Shown here in pieces: positions 63,830-64,000 of a DNA stretch of 64,000 nt (its first letter is position 1; each line of letters opens with the position of its first letter). Made by a program: the position numbers and the translations under genes. The DNA is from Escherichia phage LPEK22: sequence record OK283619.1; one strand, 5' to 3'. A model generated the notes under the pieces. It was not told the DNA's origin. It searched no databases and saw only the letters and a program-made list of their open reading frames with translations.

Positions 63830-64000
63830 TGTTTACAGTTGTCGTATCATATTATGCGGAACATGCCCCGTACATGGCAGAGAACTTCGCTGAGTTTATT
63901 AAACCAGGCGGTCATGTCGTTATTGCGACCAATTTCAAGAAAGAGCCAGATGGTGCGGCTACTGTAACACAACATATTACAACCAAAGAGCCGGAAACAC
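63829..64000 (+). CDS. hypothetical protein, 5-prime fragment truncated by window end
   Basis: ATG overlapping upstream stop; ORF runs off the window. Confidence 0.3.
   Translation, partial: MFTVVVSYYAEHAPYMAENFAEFIKPGGHVVIATNFKKEPDGAATVTQHITTKEPET

Noticed and set aside
1-64000. Prophage or mobile-element boundaries, integrase, transposase, CRISPR array, tRNA cluster
   Set aside because: No recombinase or transposase motifs, no direct-repeat/spacer arrays, no tRNA-like structures; the whole window reads as one lytic phage genome segment.

Overview
This window is a densely packed 64-kb stretch of a virulent T4-type myovirus genome, with about 95 protein-coding genes, most on the + strand. 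I found no tRNA, rRNA, CRISPR array, integrase or transposase. All protein calls rest on motifs and recalled similarity to phage T4 and other well-known proteins; no database search was run, and regulatory-element coordinates read from the sequence are good to about +/-2 nt.

Recognised core genes: UvsW helicase; gp45 clamp, gp44/gp62 clamp loader and RegA in T4 order; DenV; a DinG/XPD-like helicase; RNase HI; gp55 late sigma factor; gp47/gp46 (Mre11/Rad50); gp61 primase; endolysin; PhoH; NrdA/NrdB with a glutaredoxin; gp25 and a gp5-like spike carrying a CHAP peptidase; gp32; and a 3-prime nucleotide module (P-loop kinase, thymidylate-synthase-family enzyme, dNMP kinase, gp56-like dCTPase/dUTPase). 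Gene order is rearranged relative to T4, and no DNA polymerase follows regA.

Transcription signals are readable: repeated hairpin plus sigma70-like early-promoter cassettes (GTTTAC/CTTTAC, 17-18 bp, TATAMT) and five T4-type late promoters (TATAAATA) ahead of putative virion genes.

Most worth follow-up:
- an acyl-carrier-protein homolog whose phosphopantetheine-attachment serine is replaced by aspartate (19276-19593);
- the nucleotide module, whose thymidylate-synthase homolog has Asn at the base-recognition position, pointing to a dUMP-derived (5-hydroxymethyl-dU type) thymidine modification rather than T4-type hmC;
- a 7-kb early block of unknown genes (672-aa protein, zinc-finger proteins, 738-aa vWA protein);
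- a conserved translation-initiation motif shared by at least six early genes;
- several secreted, lipoprotein and membrane proteins (SPFH lipoprotein, SLT-like transglycosylase) that look like envelope-targeting accessory functions.
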